The position numbers and the translations under genes were made by a program. From Candidatus Latescibacterota bacterium (GTDB taxonomy: Bacteria; Latescibacterota; UBA2968), in contig OZ240241.1 in NCBI GenBank assembly GCA_965198115.1, positions 4,544,001 through 4,608,000 of the forward strand: a DNA stretch of 64,000 nucleotides, read 5' to 3'. Each line of letters opens with the position of its first letter. The stretch's first letter is position 1. Below, one piece after another: positions 52,365-61,925 of the stretch. Under the pieces are notes generated by a model. That model made no database searches. It worked only from the letters and a program-made list of their open reading frames with translations, and was not told the origin of the DNA.

Positions 52365-52542
52365 TGTAACAGACTGTAAACGGCGACTGCCGTCTCTCTC
52401 CTGCCATTCAACGATACACCACGGCTGGCCTGAAGTCTGTGGCAGCTTGGTAGGCGCTTTGTAACGGCGTGTAACGCGGGTCCACAGCCCCTAAAAGCAA
52501 ACGCGGAAGAGGCTTGGTAGCAGATTTGTAACGGCGTGTGTA
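52365..52542 (-). promoter_or_regulatory. Tandem TGTAAC direct repeats; putative OmpR-family (RstA-like) boxes
   Basis: TGTAAC-N4-TGTAAA (52365), TGTAAC-N4-TGTAAC (52460), degenerate third pair (52527). Confidence 0.65.
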
Positions 52543-52543
52543 C

Positions 52544-52579
52544 AGAAAGAGGCCCCGGCGTTCTGCGGCCGGGGCTTCT
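52544..52579 (-). terminator. Probable intrinsic terminator
   Basis: Minus strand GCCCCGGC-loop-GCCGGGGC then CTCTTTCT. Confidence 0.55.
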
Positions 52580-52604
52580 ATACGTCCGAGCTCAGTGGAA
52601 CGAT

Positions 52605-53405
52605 CTACGACGGTGCCGTAACCACTGTGTAGCGTTCGGTCAGATCGTCGTATCGAAAGTAGATCTCATCGACTCGATAGAGCGGTTCACCCTTGTGGTG
52701 GAGGATCTCGAACCCCGAAGGCAGGACACGCGTTGTCCAGCCAGGTTCAGGCGCAACTTCGACGTAACGTCCGATGCGGCCGTCGAACTCGTAAAACCGT
52801 CCCTCGACACCGTAAACTGGATTATGGCCACCCACGACGATCTCGAAACCCGGTGTCAGGCCGGCCAAGGTTCGATCGTCCGGTGCCTCGACGACTCGGT
52901 AACCCGGACTGGACGCATCCGCAAAGTAGCCATCGGAACGCACGTAGTGATGGGGAATCGTCGCGAAAACCCGAGTGCGATATCCCGCGGGTAGAACCGG
53001 CACAAGGGCTCCGATCGGTGCCGGAAGCCTGCAACCCTGGCTGCCCGTCGGGCCACGGTACCCGCTGGCCGGCCGGTCTCTCAGGTGAATCGAGATCGAC
53101 GCGGAAGGAAAACCCGAATGCCGCGAGCGGATCAGGAGCCTTCGGGACCGAGCCTCAAAGCGACCGGCGTAGGAGTAGAGATCGCCCCCACGGTGCCGCA
53201 CGCGTATTCGATCGCGCGGCCTTAGGCTCGTCACGACGCGCACATCACGCGGCATCCTGTGATCCTGCCCTCCCTTAGGGCCCTTTCGCACACGCCCGCC
53301 GGTCAGCTTCCCCTTCCCACCCTTGCTCGGGCGCGCTTCTACCTCCACAACGATCAACGCAGAGACGCAGACGGCGACACCGTAGATCAGATGTTTCAAG
53401 ACCAT
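52605..53405 (-). CDS. Secreted DUF6515-like protein
   Basis: Signal peptide; repeated APIGALVPVLPAGY...YRVVEAP units. Confidence 0.6.
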   Translation of the reverse strand: MVLKHLIYGVAVCVSALIVVEVEARPSKGGKGKLTGGRVRKGPKGGQDHRMPRDVRVVTSLRPRDRIRVRHRGGDLYSYAGRFEARSRRLLIRSRHSGFPSASISIHLRDRPASGYRGPTGSQGCRLPAPIGALVPVLPAGYRTRVFATIPHHYVRSDGYFADASSPGYRVVEAPDDRTLAGLTPGFEIVVGGHNPVYGVEGRFYEFDGRIGRYVEVAPEPGWTTRVLPSGFEILHHKGEPLYRVDEIYFRYDDLTERYTVVTAPS

Positions 53406-53649
53406 CTCCTTCCCTCCCCGTAGAGCTGTGGAGCAACGACCGGATCGAACACACGTCTGAAACCGAGGCACCGAAAAACGCTGGCTTTCCAAAGTTCGCA
53501 AACCCCGTGCCCTATGGGAAGAGGCAACCGTTGAGAAGCCGGTCCCAACGCGTCTTCTCCAGGCCAGATACAAGTGCCCCGCCGCATCTCGGGGACATCG
53601 AGCGCTGGCGGGGCATCATTCTGAAGCGACTGGGTCAGGCTCTCAAAGT

Positions 53650-54066
53650 TCAACGCAACGGGTCACCTCGGCCTCCCCGCCCTCCGCGGCCCTGTCGCTG
53701 CATGCGCTGCTTGAGAATCTCGACCTGACCTTCCGAAAGCACGCTCGATACGGCCTCCAGAACTTCTTCGCGAAGCGTCATCATCTCTTCCCGAACATCC
53801 TGGTAATCCCGCTCGCCGCTACGAACACTCGCCATCAGCTCGCGCTGCTTGACCAGGATAGGCTTCAGCGCGTCCCGCAGCTTCAGCAGCTGCTCGTTCG
53901 TCACCGCCGCACGCTCGTCGAACGCCATAATCCCCAAAATCTGCTCTGGGCCCACGCCTCCACCCCTCCCACCACCCCCTCCTCTGCCGGCACCGGGTTG
54001 AGCCTCCACAGCAGTTGCGGCCAGCGCAATTACCAGAAGGGACAGGACCAACCTCGATCGACGCAT
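53650..54066 (-). CDS. Periplasmic Spy-like helical protein
   Basis: Signal peptide, Gly-rich linker, VTNEQ and VLSEGQ. Confidence 0.7.
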   Translation of the reverse strand: MRRSRLVLSLLVIALAATAVEAQPGAGRGGGGGRGGGVGPEQILGIMAFDERAAVTNEQLLKLRDALKPILVKQRELMASVRSGERDYQDVREEMMTLREEVLEAVSSVLSEGQVEILKQRMQRQGRGGRGGRGDPLR

Positions 54067-54149
54067 AGGATCTCCTCTCTATAGTTCCACCGCTGACGGC
54101 CGTTTTGCCGATGTCGAAACATCTATCGAAGGGTCCAGGACCAAGAGCG

Positions 54150-55583
54150 CTATGCCGGAAACTCCAGTCGAAATTGGGCACCGCCCAGTATGCTGTCGTC
54201 GACAGTCACACGCCCGCCGTGGAGATCCATAATCCGTGACACGATGGCAAGCCCGAGCCCTACGCCGCCGATGCTGGGACTGCGACTGCTGTCGACCCTC
54301 GCAAAGGGTTCGAAGATATGCTCTCTCAGTCCCGCCGGTACGCCCGGGCCGTCATCCTCGACCGTCACGACTGCCATCCCTTCCCTTTCCACGCAGGTAA
54401 CCGCGACCTTCCCAACGGCGTGGCGTGCGGCGTTCGTGGCGAGGTTGAGCACCGCGCGTTTCAGGTAGCGGGAGATCGCTCTGATCGCCTCGCACTCGGA
54501 GGTCACGCTGAATTCTATGTCGGGTCGGAGATCCCGCACGGTCTCCACCACTTCAGCGAGCATATTGGACATCTGGACCCGATCCATCATACTTTCGACC
54601 TGGTCGGAATCCAGTCTCACGAAGGTGAGCAACTCCTCGACCAGATCGTTCATCTCGGTCAGTGTTCCCTGGATCTTTGCGAGCTGCTGATCCTTCTCCT
54701 CAGCAGACTCGGCCGACTCGGCATCATCGAGGATGAAGAACAGCCTGGCCAGCGGGGTCCGCAGTTCGTGCGAAACACCCCGAAGCAGTTCGCGTTGACC
54801 TTCGACCAGACGTTTGATCTGATCGGCCATCGTGTTGAAGGTGGTCGTCAACTCGCCGAGTGCGTCGTCTTTGACTGGATCCGCCCGTGTATCGAGGTGA
54901 CCTGCCCCAAAGCGCTCAGCCACACCGGAGAGGTCCTGAATCCGCTTCTCCATCGGCCGTATCAGGAAATAGATGGCCGGGCCGACAAGCAGAATCGAAA
55001 TGCCCAAAATCCCCAGGAAGAGGACCCGTGGACCCGTGTCGCGATCGAGAAAACCACCGACCACCGCCCAGGGCGGTCGACCCTCGGGGGGTCTGAAGCC
55101 CGGACCGCCCAGGGGCTGGTTCGGGCGTTCCACTCTTCCCTCATCGGGCGGGTGGGGGTCCGGACGAAATCGGTCGCGACCCCGCCGTGCCCCTCCACGC
55201 CGGCCCCAGCCAAGTTCGGCGACGACGACGACCGAATCCATCCGAGTGACGTAAACCCGCGGGCGATGATCATCGCTCCACTCCACGAAGACCGTGTCGC
55301 GATCCAGTCGAGCAACCGTTTCCGGCTTCAGATCCACCAGGGGGACCCGAGAGACCCGCATTCGCGTTGCCCGACCGAATTCCCCGAACGCGGGCCGAAC
55401 GGAATCAGGATCGGCTGTTTCGATCCGCTCTCTCAGGGTCGACGCCAACTCGATCAGCCGGTCTTCGAAACCCTGACGCCTTACGGCCTCGAACCCGATA
55501 CTGAGCAGATAGACAGTCGCCGACGTTCCGACCAGCAGCACGACGGCGATGCCCAGATACACTCTGACAAAAAGACGTCTCAC
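54150..55583 (-). CDS. Sensor histidine kinase (RstB/CpxA-like; HAMP, HisKA, HATPase)
   Basis: Two TM helices, VSHELRTPLARL, NLATNAARH, EDDGPG, GVGLGLAIV. Confidence 0.95.
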   Translation of the reverse strand: MRRLFVRVYLGIAVVLLVGTSATVYLLSIGFEAVRRQGFEDRLIELASTLRERIETADPDSVRPAFGEFGRATRMRVSRVPLVDLKPETVARLDRDTVFVEWSDDHRPRVYVTRMDSVVVVAELGWGRRGGARRGRDRFRPDPHPPDEGRVERPNQPLGGPGFRPPEGRPPWAVVGGFLDRDTGPRVLFLGILGISILLVGPAIYFLIRPMEKRIQDLSGVAERFGAGHLDTRADPVKDDALGELTTTFNTMADQIKRLVEGQRELLRGVSHELRTPLARLFFILDDAESAESAEEKDQQLAKIQGTLTEMNDLVEELLTFVRLDSDQVESMMDRVQMSNMLAEVVETVRDLRPDIEFSVTSECEAIRAISRYLKRAVLNLATNAARHAVGKVAVTCVEREGMAVVTVEDDGPGVPAGLREHIFEPFARVDSSRSPSIGGVGLGLAIVSRIMDLHGGRVTVDDSILGGAQFRLEFPA

Positions 55584-55782
55584 GATCGGTCACCCACCAT
55601 TCTGCAAAGCTTCACGATAGCGAATGAGAGATCGCAACCTTCGAGATTTTACGTTCACTCGATGCACCGTCCTTCGTGAACACACGAACCCCACCTGCGC
55701 CACAGGCTTCGATGGGCGGGTTGTCAATCTTCGGGAGCCCGAAGGTGAGGTGGAACAACGCGTGATAGGTCGACGGCCGGGG

Positions 55783-56505
55783 TCACGTCTTCTCCCCCGC
55801 CATCAAGTAACCCACGCCACGCACGGTCTTGATGTAGTGTGGGAACGTCGGCTGGTCACCAAGGCGGTGCCTGAGTCTCGAAATGTAGACGTCCACACTT
55901 CGGTCGAGCCCATCATAGTCGTACTGGAAGAGGGCCTGGTAAATGTCCTGACGGCTCACGACCTCGCCGGCGTGCGTAGCCAGATACCACAGCAGGTCGA
56001 ATTCGGTCGTCGTCAGTTCCACTTCTGCATCGTCGACGTGGGTCTCCCTCCGGCTCGCGTCGACAACCAGACTGCCGATCGATACTTTTTCCTGGACGCG
56101 GGCGGAAGGCTCCAGGCGAGCTCGTCGGAGCAGGGCCCGGATACGGGCGAGGAGCAGACGTGGCTTCACGGGCTTCGTGACAAAATCGTCCGCACCCAGT
56201 TCGAGGCCAAGGATTTCATCCAGATCTTCATCACGAGCCGTCAGGATGAGAATGGGACCCGCGTAATCCGGACGGACCTGTTTACAGACCTCGAATCCAT
56301 CGATCCCGGGCAGCATGATGTCCAGTACCACGAGATCGGGCTGCGAACCAACGATGGCATCCCGACCCGCCTCTCCGTTCTCTTCGTGACGAACGGAAAA
56401 GCCCTCACGCTCGAGGCGCTCTTTCGTCAGTTCCGCCAATTCCAGATCGTCTTCGACGAGCACGATCGTCTGCACGGCTTTCCTTTCGTCCATCGTGGAG
56501 TTCAT
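55783..56505 (-). CDS. OmpR-family response regulator (RstA-like)
   Basis: LVEDD, LDIMLPG, GADDFVTKP, LTTTEFDLL, DRSVDVYISRLR, KTVRGVGY. Confidence 0.95.
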   Translation of the reverse strand: MNSTMDERKAVQTIVLVEDDLELAELTKERLEREGFSVRHEENGEAGRDAIVGSQPDLVVLDIMLPGIDGFEVCKQVRPDYAGPILILTARDEDLDEILGLELGADDFVTKPVKPRLLLARIRALLRRARLEPSARVQEKVSIGSLVVDASRRETHVDDAEVELTTTEFDLLWYLATHAGEVVSRQDIYQALFQYDYDGLDRSVDVYISRLRHRLGDQPTFPHYIKTVRGVGYLMAGEKT

Positions 56506-56573
56506 CGTGGCTACGGCCCTTAAGGTAGGACCATCGGACGAATCTGAGCAACCGATCGGCGCCGTCGAGGCGT

Positions 56574-56735
56574 TCATGCGGCGATCCCTCGTGATTCCAG
56601 AGCGATGTCTTCAGCCCCGTCGGTATCCTTGGCATAGCGTAGCGCCAGACGCACGACACGCGGCCGGTAGTCTGCAACTAACGCATCGAAATCGTTGAAT
56701 CCGGCCACGAGGGGCGCGTGGATGGGTCGTGCCAC
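56574..56735 (-). pseudogene. Truncated ECF sigma factor (region 2 remnant)
   Basis: GGAGG RBS then GTG; FDALVADYRPRVVRLALRYAKDTDGAEDIA followed by an early stop. Confidence 0.6.
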
Positions 56736-56819
56736 GGACTTCCTCCAATGTGTCAATCAGTTGCCCTCATGAGATTAACCCATTCGAACCCCCCTGTATG
56801 TAGGCGGAATGTGGGCAAT

Positions 56820-56835
56820 TGTAACAATCTGTAAC
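56820..56835 (-). promoter_or_regulatory. Putative autoregulatory RstA-like box
   Basis: TGTAAC-AATC-TGTAAC (minus strand TACAGATTGTTACA) upstream of the regulator operon. Confidence 0.65.
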
Positions 56836-56858
56836 ACGAATCTGTTGCCCGCTCCCTT

Positions 56859-56879
56859 TGGTCACTGGTCAATGGTCAC
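56859..56879. repeat. Three copies of a 7-bp repeat
   Basis: TGGTCAC TGGTCAA TGGTCAC; same family as 41669-41703. Confidence 0.7.
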
Positions 56880-56895
56880 TTCAGGGGCCGTACGC

Positions 56896-56927
56896 AAAAC
56901 GGCCCTCGATCCGAAGATCGAGGGCCG
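56896..56927 (-). terminator. Intrinsic terminator
   Basis: 12-bp perfect stem with TTCG loop, followed by TTTT on the minus strand. Confidence 0.8.
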
Positions 56928-56951
56928 AGTAGGAATGCCAATCCCAGCTTG

Positions 56952-58295
56952 CTAGCCCGATAGGCCGAAGAACTGTGCAAACGTCAGGAAGTCGGTAAAG
57001 TCGACCCGATCATCCCCGCTCAAATCGAAGACCGGATCCCATTCAGGGCTTGCCGACGTATTTCCGAACGCCCCGGCGAATCCCAGAAAGTCTCCGAAAT
57101 CCACCGACCCATTCCCGTCGAAGTCTCCTTTCAGGGAATGGGCAACCGTCCACGACTGCGTCACCGAACTACCGTCGTCGCTCGACACCGTGACGACCAC
57201 CACATCATCCGACATTCCCAGAACGTCCAGATCGAAGCTGTTGGTCATACTCTCAACAGAAATGCCGTTCAGCGTCCACTCGAACGATAACGTCTCGTTC
57301 TCGGGGTCGACGGCATCGACCGAAAAAGACAGACTCATCCCCTCCGAAGAAACGATCAGGTTATCCGAAGGTGTGAAGGCATCGATACGTGCCGGCTGGT
57401 TGACGTCCTCGATAGCGATATCGACCGAGCGTGTCGCATCGAGATCGCCGTCTGTCGCCACGAAAGTGACCGTCACCGTCTGCCCGCCCTGATCGAAGCC
57501 TGGTGTCCACGTAAAGGTGTCACCCGACAGAGTCGCACCTGCCGGCAGATCGCTCGACGTGATCGTCAGGGCATCGCCATCTTCATCCGTTGCAGCGACC
57601 ACGAAAGACACGACCTCGCCTTCCAACACGGTCTGCGGATCGAGGGCCGCAATGGCTGGAGCGCGGTTCACATTCTCGACGGAGATGCTCACGCTCCTGC
57701 TCCCATTAAGCTGGCCGTCCGTGGCCACGAAGGACACCGTCACCGTCTCCCCGCCGTCCTCGAGACCCGGTGTCCACGTGAACGTGTTGCCGGAGAAAGT
57801 CGCGCCCGTCGGCAATCCGGATGCCGTGATGGTCACGCCATCACCATCCTGGTCGGACGCGGTCACACTAAACGTCAATGTTTCGCCTTCCAGCACGTTC
57901 TTCGCGCCGATCGAAACGAGTACGGGTGCGCGATTCGGCACACTCGTCGGGTCCCCCGGGTTGGTCACGGTCGCCCCTGCGTCGGGAGTCCCGTCTCCAT
58001 TCGGATCACCCAGCTCGAGACCGTTCGACACACCGTCGCCATCCGAGTCGAGAACCGCCAGCGACGGACCCCAATCGACCGTCGCCCCACCTCCTGATCC
58101 GTTCAGAAAGCCACTCTCAATCGCCTGACCGAACGCGTTGCGAGAGCCGCCCCCGGAAGGGTTGACGTGACAGTTCCCGCAGCTGAACTGGTTGCCGTTC
58201 GGGATCTGATTGACCCGTGCGCTCCTTGCGTGACTATGAGTGGGGGTAGAAACAATGACGTAAAGCAGAAGTGGAACGATGTAGCGTAGTTGCAT
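56952..58295 (-). CDS. Secreted protein: temptin-like domain with CxxCH, cadherin/Ig-like repeats, EF-hand/dockerin-like tail
   Basis: Signal peptide; QIPNG...CGNCH...RNAFG...DSDGDGVSNGLELGDP; two NRAP...ASDQDGD...LPTGA repeats; GDFDGNGSVDFGDF. Confidence 0.8.
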   Translation of the reverse strand: MQLRYIVPLLLYVIVSTPTHSHARSARVNQIPNGNQFSCGNCHVNPSGGGSRNAFGQAIESGFLNGSGGGATVDWGPSLAVLDSDGDGVSNGLELGDPNGDGTPDAGATVTNPGDPTSVPNRAPVLVSIGAKNVLEGETLTFSVTASDQDGDGVTITASGLPTGATFSGNTFTWTPGLEDGGETVTVSFVATDGQLNGSRSVSISVENVNRAPAIAALDPQTVLEGEVVSFVVAATDEDGDALTITSSDLPAGATLSGDTFTWTPGFDQGGQTVTVTFVATDGDLDATRSVDIAIEDVNQPARIDAFTPSDNLIVSSEGMSLSFSVDAVDPENETLSFEWTLNGISVESMTNSFDLDVLGMSDDVVVVTVSSDDGSSVTQSWTVAHSLKGDFDGNGSVDFGDFLGFAGAFGNTSASPEWDPVFDLSGDDRVDFTDFLTFAQFFGLSG

Positions 58296-58350
58296 ATGCG
58301 AGGCCTCCCTCCCCGGTGAATGAACACGAAAACAGAACGCATCCATTCAT

Positions 58351-58376
58351 TAACTGCCGACCCGGGACAGGGTTCC
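58351..58376 (-). promoter_or_regulatory. Possible ECF sigma promoter
   Basis: Minus strand GGAACC-N16-GTTA about 55 bp upstream of the start codon. Confidence 0.35.
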
Positions 58377-58470
58377 TGAAAAACGTAGTCGAGGTCGATC
58401 GTTCCCGATTCTGAAAACGGAACTCGCCATTCGGGTTGCGGCCCCCGCAGTCGTGCTGTGTTGCGCTTGG

Positions 58471-59445
58471 TTACTGCGTGGTCACATACCGTTCATCGAG
58501 ATACCGCGTGATGATTTCAATCTCTTGCTCTCCGATCTCCAGACCGTTCTCAACCATCCTCGCAATCAGGGGTTGGATGTCCGACGCTGATTGTGGCGGA
58601 GCGCCCTCGATTTCATCCAGATCGTGACATTGAGTGCAGAGTTCCTCGAACAGTGCTTTCGCCGATTCTGCGTCGTAGCGCCGTTGGGTCGGGGGCCTCG
58701 CTACGTTGGCTGCCACGGCGAGCGCTTCCTGGGTCTGCTGCCGCTCCAGATCTCGACGCCGTCTGATCTTCGCCGAGCTCTGGATGTCCGGTGTGATAGC
58801 GATCAGATAGGCGGAAACGGTCCACTGGTCATCGTAGGTGATGGGCTCGCCCAGAACCGGCTTCGCCATCATCCGTTCGACGGTCTGAACCCAAGCTGAC
58901 GGCGTGCGCGGCTTGGCGAGGATCGTCCGTAGATCGTGGCAGAGCACACATTTCGTGAGCAGCACGTTACGACCTGTGTGAAGGCCCCGCCTCGACAAGG
59001 CGTAGGCCGTTTGGGGATCCTCGGGGAATTCTGCGGTGGTCGCCAGCTTCTTGACACGCTCGATGTTCTTGTCACTGAAGACACTGTCTCCCCGTCCCAC
59101 CGCGGCTCTGAGCACGTACTCCCGCAGAGTGAACGGAACAGAGAGACCGATGAGCAAGGACGTCAGCAGGAACAGGATCATTCCGAAATAGGGTAGGCTG
59201 ACGCTGAAGTGTCTGAAAAACCGTAGAATCGAAATCTTGATGAAAAGGATGACCCCGATCGAAATGCCGACCATGAGATGGGCGACCGTCCGTGCCGGTA
59301 GTTCGATCTGATAGTTCCACATCCGGGGAACCATTTGCACCATCATCACCACGTAGATAATCACATAGACGTATCCAAGAGAACGGTGCAACGTGACCAT
59401 CGCCCGAGGCGCTGTACTCGTGTGGGTTTCCTCGTCGTAGGGGTA
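58471..59445 (-). pseudogene. Membrane-anchored diheme c-type cytochrome, N-terminus replaced by an IS256 fragment
   Basis: Three TM helices with His residues, CVLCH and CTQCH; in frame with the transposase N-terminus. Confidence 0.75.
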
Positions 59446-60375
59446 TGCACGCTTGGCGACCTTGTCGAGCACGTTGAGGATCTTGTGGTTCCAGCACCGT
59501 TGTTGCCGGCTCTCTGGCCAGACCTGATCAACGGCCGCCCAGATGCCCATATTCCCGTCCGCGGCGATCAGGACAGGATGTTCGAGCCCGCGATCCCGGA
59601 GATCCCGTAGCACCGTGAGCCAGGATTCTGTAGACTCTCGATAACCGGGTTCTATCGCCAGGATCTCCTTGCTGCCGTCGCTCATCGCGCCGATCACGAC
59701 CAGCAGACACGCCTTCTCGCGCTCGAGCCCGGCTTTGACGTAGATGCCATCAGCCCAGGCGTAGACCAGTTCGCGATTATCCAGACGCCTTTCTTTCCAG
59801 TCCTGGAAGTCGACCTCCCACTTCCCTCGAAGACGAGCGATCGAGGTCGGCGAAAGCGGCGCGCCATCACCGAGCAGCGCACGCAAAGACAACTCGAAGT
59901 CGCCCTGGGAGAGACCGTGGAGATAAAGGTCGGGAAGCAGATCTCCAATGGCCCTGGTTCTCCGGGCGAACAGGGGGAGGATGCGGCTTTCAAACCGCTC
60001 TTCCAGACCACGAACCCGGGGACGCCGGACCTTGATCGTTCCGCAGCTCGTCGAGAGACGCCGGGGCTTGCCGTAGCCGTTCCTGTAGCCCCTGGAGCTA
60101 TCGACCTCGGCTCGGCGCTCATACCACGACCGGCCCAAGAACGCGGTCGCCTCCTCCTCCAGAATGGACTGGAACCGGCCCTGGATCTCTTCACGGATCC
60201 AATCGTCAACCGTCTCCCACGTCGGCATGGACTTCAATGGGGCTCTATGCGTATGTTCCTTCATGGCGATCCTCCTTCCCAACCGGGCCTCTCACCCGGT
60301 TTTGTGTGAATCAACTATCTCACGGGAAGGGTAGGGTCGCCCTTTCTCTTTTTCCACACCTTTTGATTATAGCTC
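59446..60375 (-). mobile_element. Truncated IS256-family element (left end plus about two thirds of the transposase)
   Basis: Inverted, near-identical copy of 62641-63570; identity stops after AAGCGTGCA. Confidence 0.93.
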
Positions 60376-60803
60376 TTTGGATCGTTGTCGACTGTCATAG
60401 AAGGACCAAAGGTCATTGAGATCGTCGGTTGAGGTGCGAGAACGGCCTAAATTAGGAGGTGTTCCGTCGTTCTACAATGGAGAATGTCTCTGTATCCACC
60501 TATCCACGCCTCGCGGATCAACCAGAGCAACCGACAACGACGTGTCGGCTACCGTGACCCGAAAACCTGCAGACAGCCGGACAATCCATCGGCCGTCCAC
60601 GGTCGATGGTCGGAAGTAGAGATTTCTCAAAACCCTACCCGAACGAAGATCCAAAACCATCTGACTGGTTTCCCCCCTTGACATCGAGACCGAAAAAGCA
60701 TTGATTAATATCGATGCAAAGGCTCGGGCTGCGTGCATAAACAATAGTAAATTAGCCAGTTATCCTATTTCCGCCCGGGCGAAACAGAAAGGACCCTCAG
60801 CAG

Positions 60804-61022
60804 ATGGCCGAACAAAAACCGGCTGAGAAACCGGTCACGAAACCGATGACGCTGGCCGAACGCAAGGCCAAAGAACGCGCAGACCGAACCAAGCTGATCC
60901 AAAAAGCGAGCAAGGGTGATCAGAAGGCGCTCGATATCCTGGCTGGACCGCCCTACCACATGAAGGTTTACTCGGCCGAGGAGCGGGCAGCCTACGAAAA
61001 GGAGCAGGAAGCCAAAAGCTGA
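60804..61022 (+). CDS. Small charged hypothetical protein (72 aa)
   Basis: AAAGGA RBS; Lys/Glu-rich protein-like composition; TTGACA upstream at 60678. Confidence 0.7.
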   Translation: MAEQKPAEKPVTKPMTLAERKAKERADRTKLIQKASKGDQKALDILAGPPYHMKVYSAEERAAYEKEQEAKS

Positions 61023-61107
61023 ACGGCATACACAGTGAAATCCGGAGGGCGATGCGAGTCGGTTCGTGTCGCCCTTTTCAATTGGAGGCACACGAGGCGG
61101 GGTCCCG

Positions 61108-61812
61108 ATGCGTTTAAAACAGGCCACACGACAGCACGTGTGGGATCTCCTCGAAAACGAGGGTATCGCCGCATTCCCCTTCCCCCCACACGGCCGGATT
61201 CCAAACTTCACCGGCGCTTCCATAGCGGCGGACAGGCTGCTCGGAATCGCCGAGTTTGCTTCGGTTGGGCAAATCAAAGTCAACCCGGACGCACCCCAGC
61301 GACCCGTCCGCGCAAAGGCGCTTCGGCGCGGAATCACCGTCTACGTCCCCACGCCCCGACTGAGAGGCGGCTTCAAGCGACTCGATCCCGAGGCCATTCC
61401 CTCTGAGTCGTTTCGGAAGGCCGCCAGCCTGTCCGGCATGGATGAGTGGGCTGACGAGGTCCCCGTCAGAGACCTTCCGGCAATGGACGCCATCGTGTGC
61501 GGCTCCGTAGCCGTCGACCGTCGAGGCCACCGTTGTGGAAAAGGCGAGGGCTACAGCGACATCGAGTATGCCATCCTTCGTGAGCTCGGACATCCGCCCG
61601 CGCCCGTCTTCACAACCGTCCACGACGCCCAGATCGTCGATGCGATCCCCCGCGATGACAACGACCTCCCCCTCACCACGATCGTCACCCCAACACAGAC
61701 GCTCTCTATCGCGTCACCGCCTCCGCCACCCGATCGCATCGACTGGTCGCAGCTCACCGAAGAAGATCTGGAAGAAATGCCGATTCTGAAGGAACTTCTG
61801 CCTGCCGAATGA
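61108..61812 (+). CDS. 5-formyltetrahydrofolate cyclo-ligase family (MTHFSD-like)
   Basis: HGRIPNF, VNPDAPQRPVR, PTPRLRGGF, GKGEGYSDIEY, TTVHDAQ. Confidence 0.88.
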   Translation: MRLKQATRQHVWDLLENEGIAAFPFPPHGRIPNFTGASIAADRLLGIAEFASVGQIKVNPDAPQRPVRAKALRRGITVYVPTPRLRGGFKRLDPEAIPSESFRKAASLSGMDEWADEVPVRDLPAMDAIVCGSVAVDRRGHRCGKGEGYSDIEYAILRELGHPPAPVFTTVHDAQIVDAIPRDDNDLPLTTIVTPTQTLSIASPPPPPDRIDWSQLTEEDLEEMPILKELLPAE

Positions 61813-61884
61813 GCCCTATTGGATCGCACCATCAGGGATTCGCCTCTCCCACGTTCAGACCTTAAATTTCAACAGCGCACCGGT

Positions 61885-61919
61885 TTCCCGGTTCCCAGTT
61901 CTCGATTCTCGATATTCGA
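61885..61919. repeat. Five degenerate copies of a 7-bp repeat just before a start codon
   Basis: TTCCCGG TTCCCAG TTCTCGA TTCTCGA TATTCGA. Confidence 0.7.
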
Positions 61920-61925
61920 TCCTCA

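Noticed and set aside
53396-53653. Short ORF MNFESLTQSLQNDAPP..., possibly a decayed conserved hypothetical gene
   Set aside because: The resemblance is limited to the first ~20 residues and cannot be supported without a search.
54318-55679. Long antisense or alternative-frame ORFs (453 aa here; also 25159, 17503, 28912, 38956, 45365)
   Set aside because: They shadow well-supported genes and have no recognisable motifs; expected in GC-rich DNA.
12620-61919. Short repeats as a CRISPR array
   Set aside because: Units are 7-10 bp, contiguous and dispersed, with no spacer periodicity and no cas genes.
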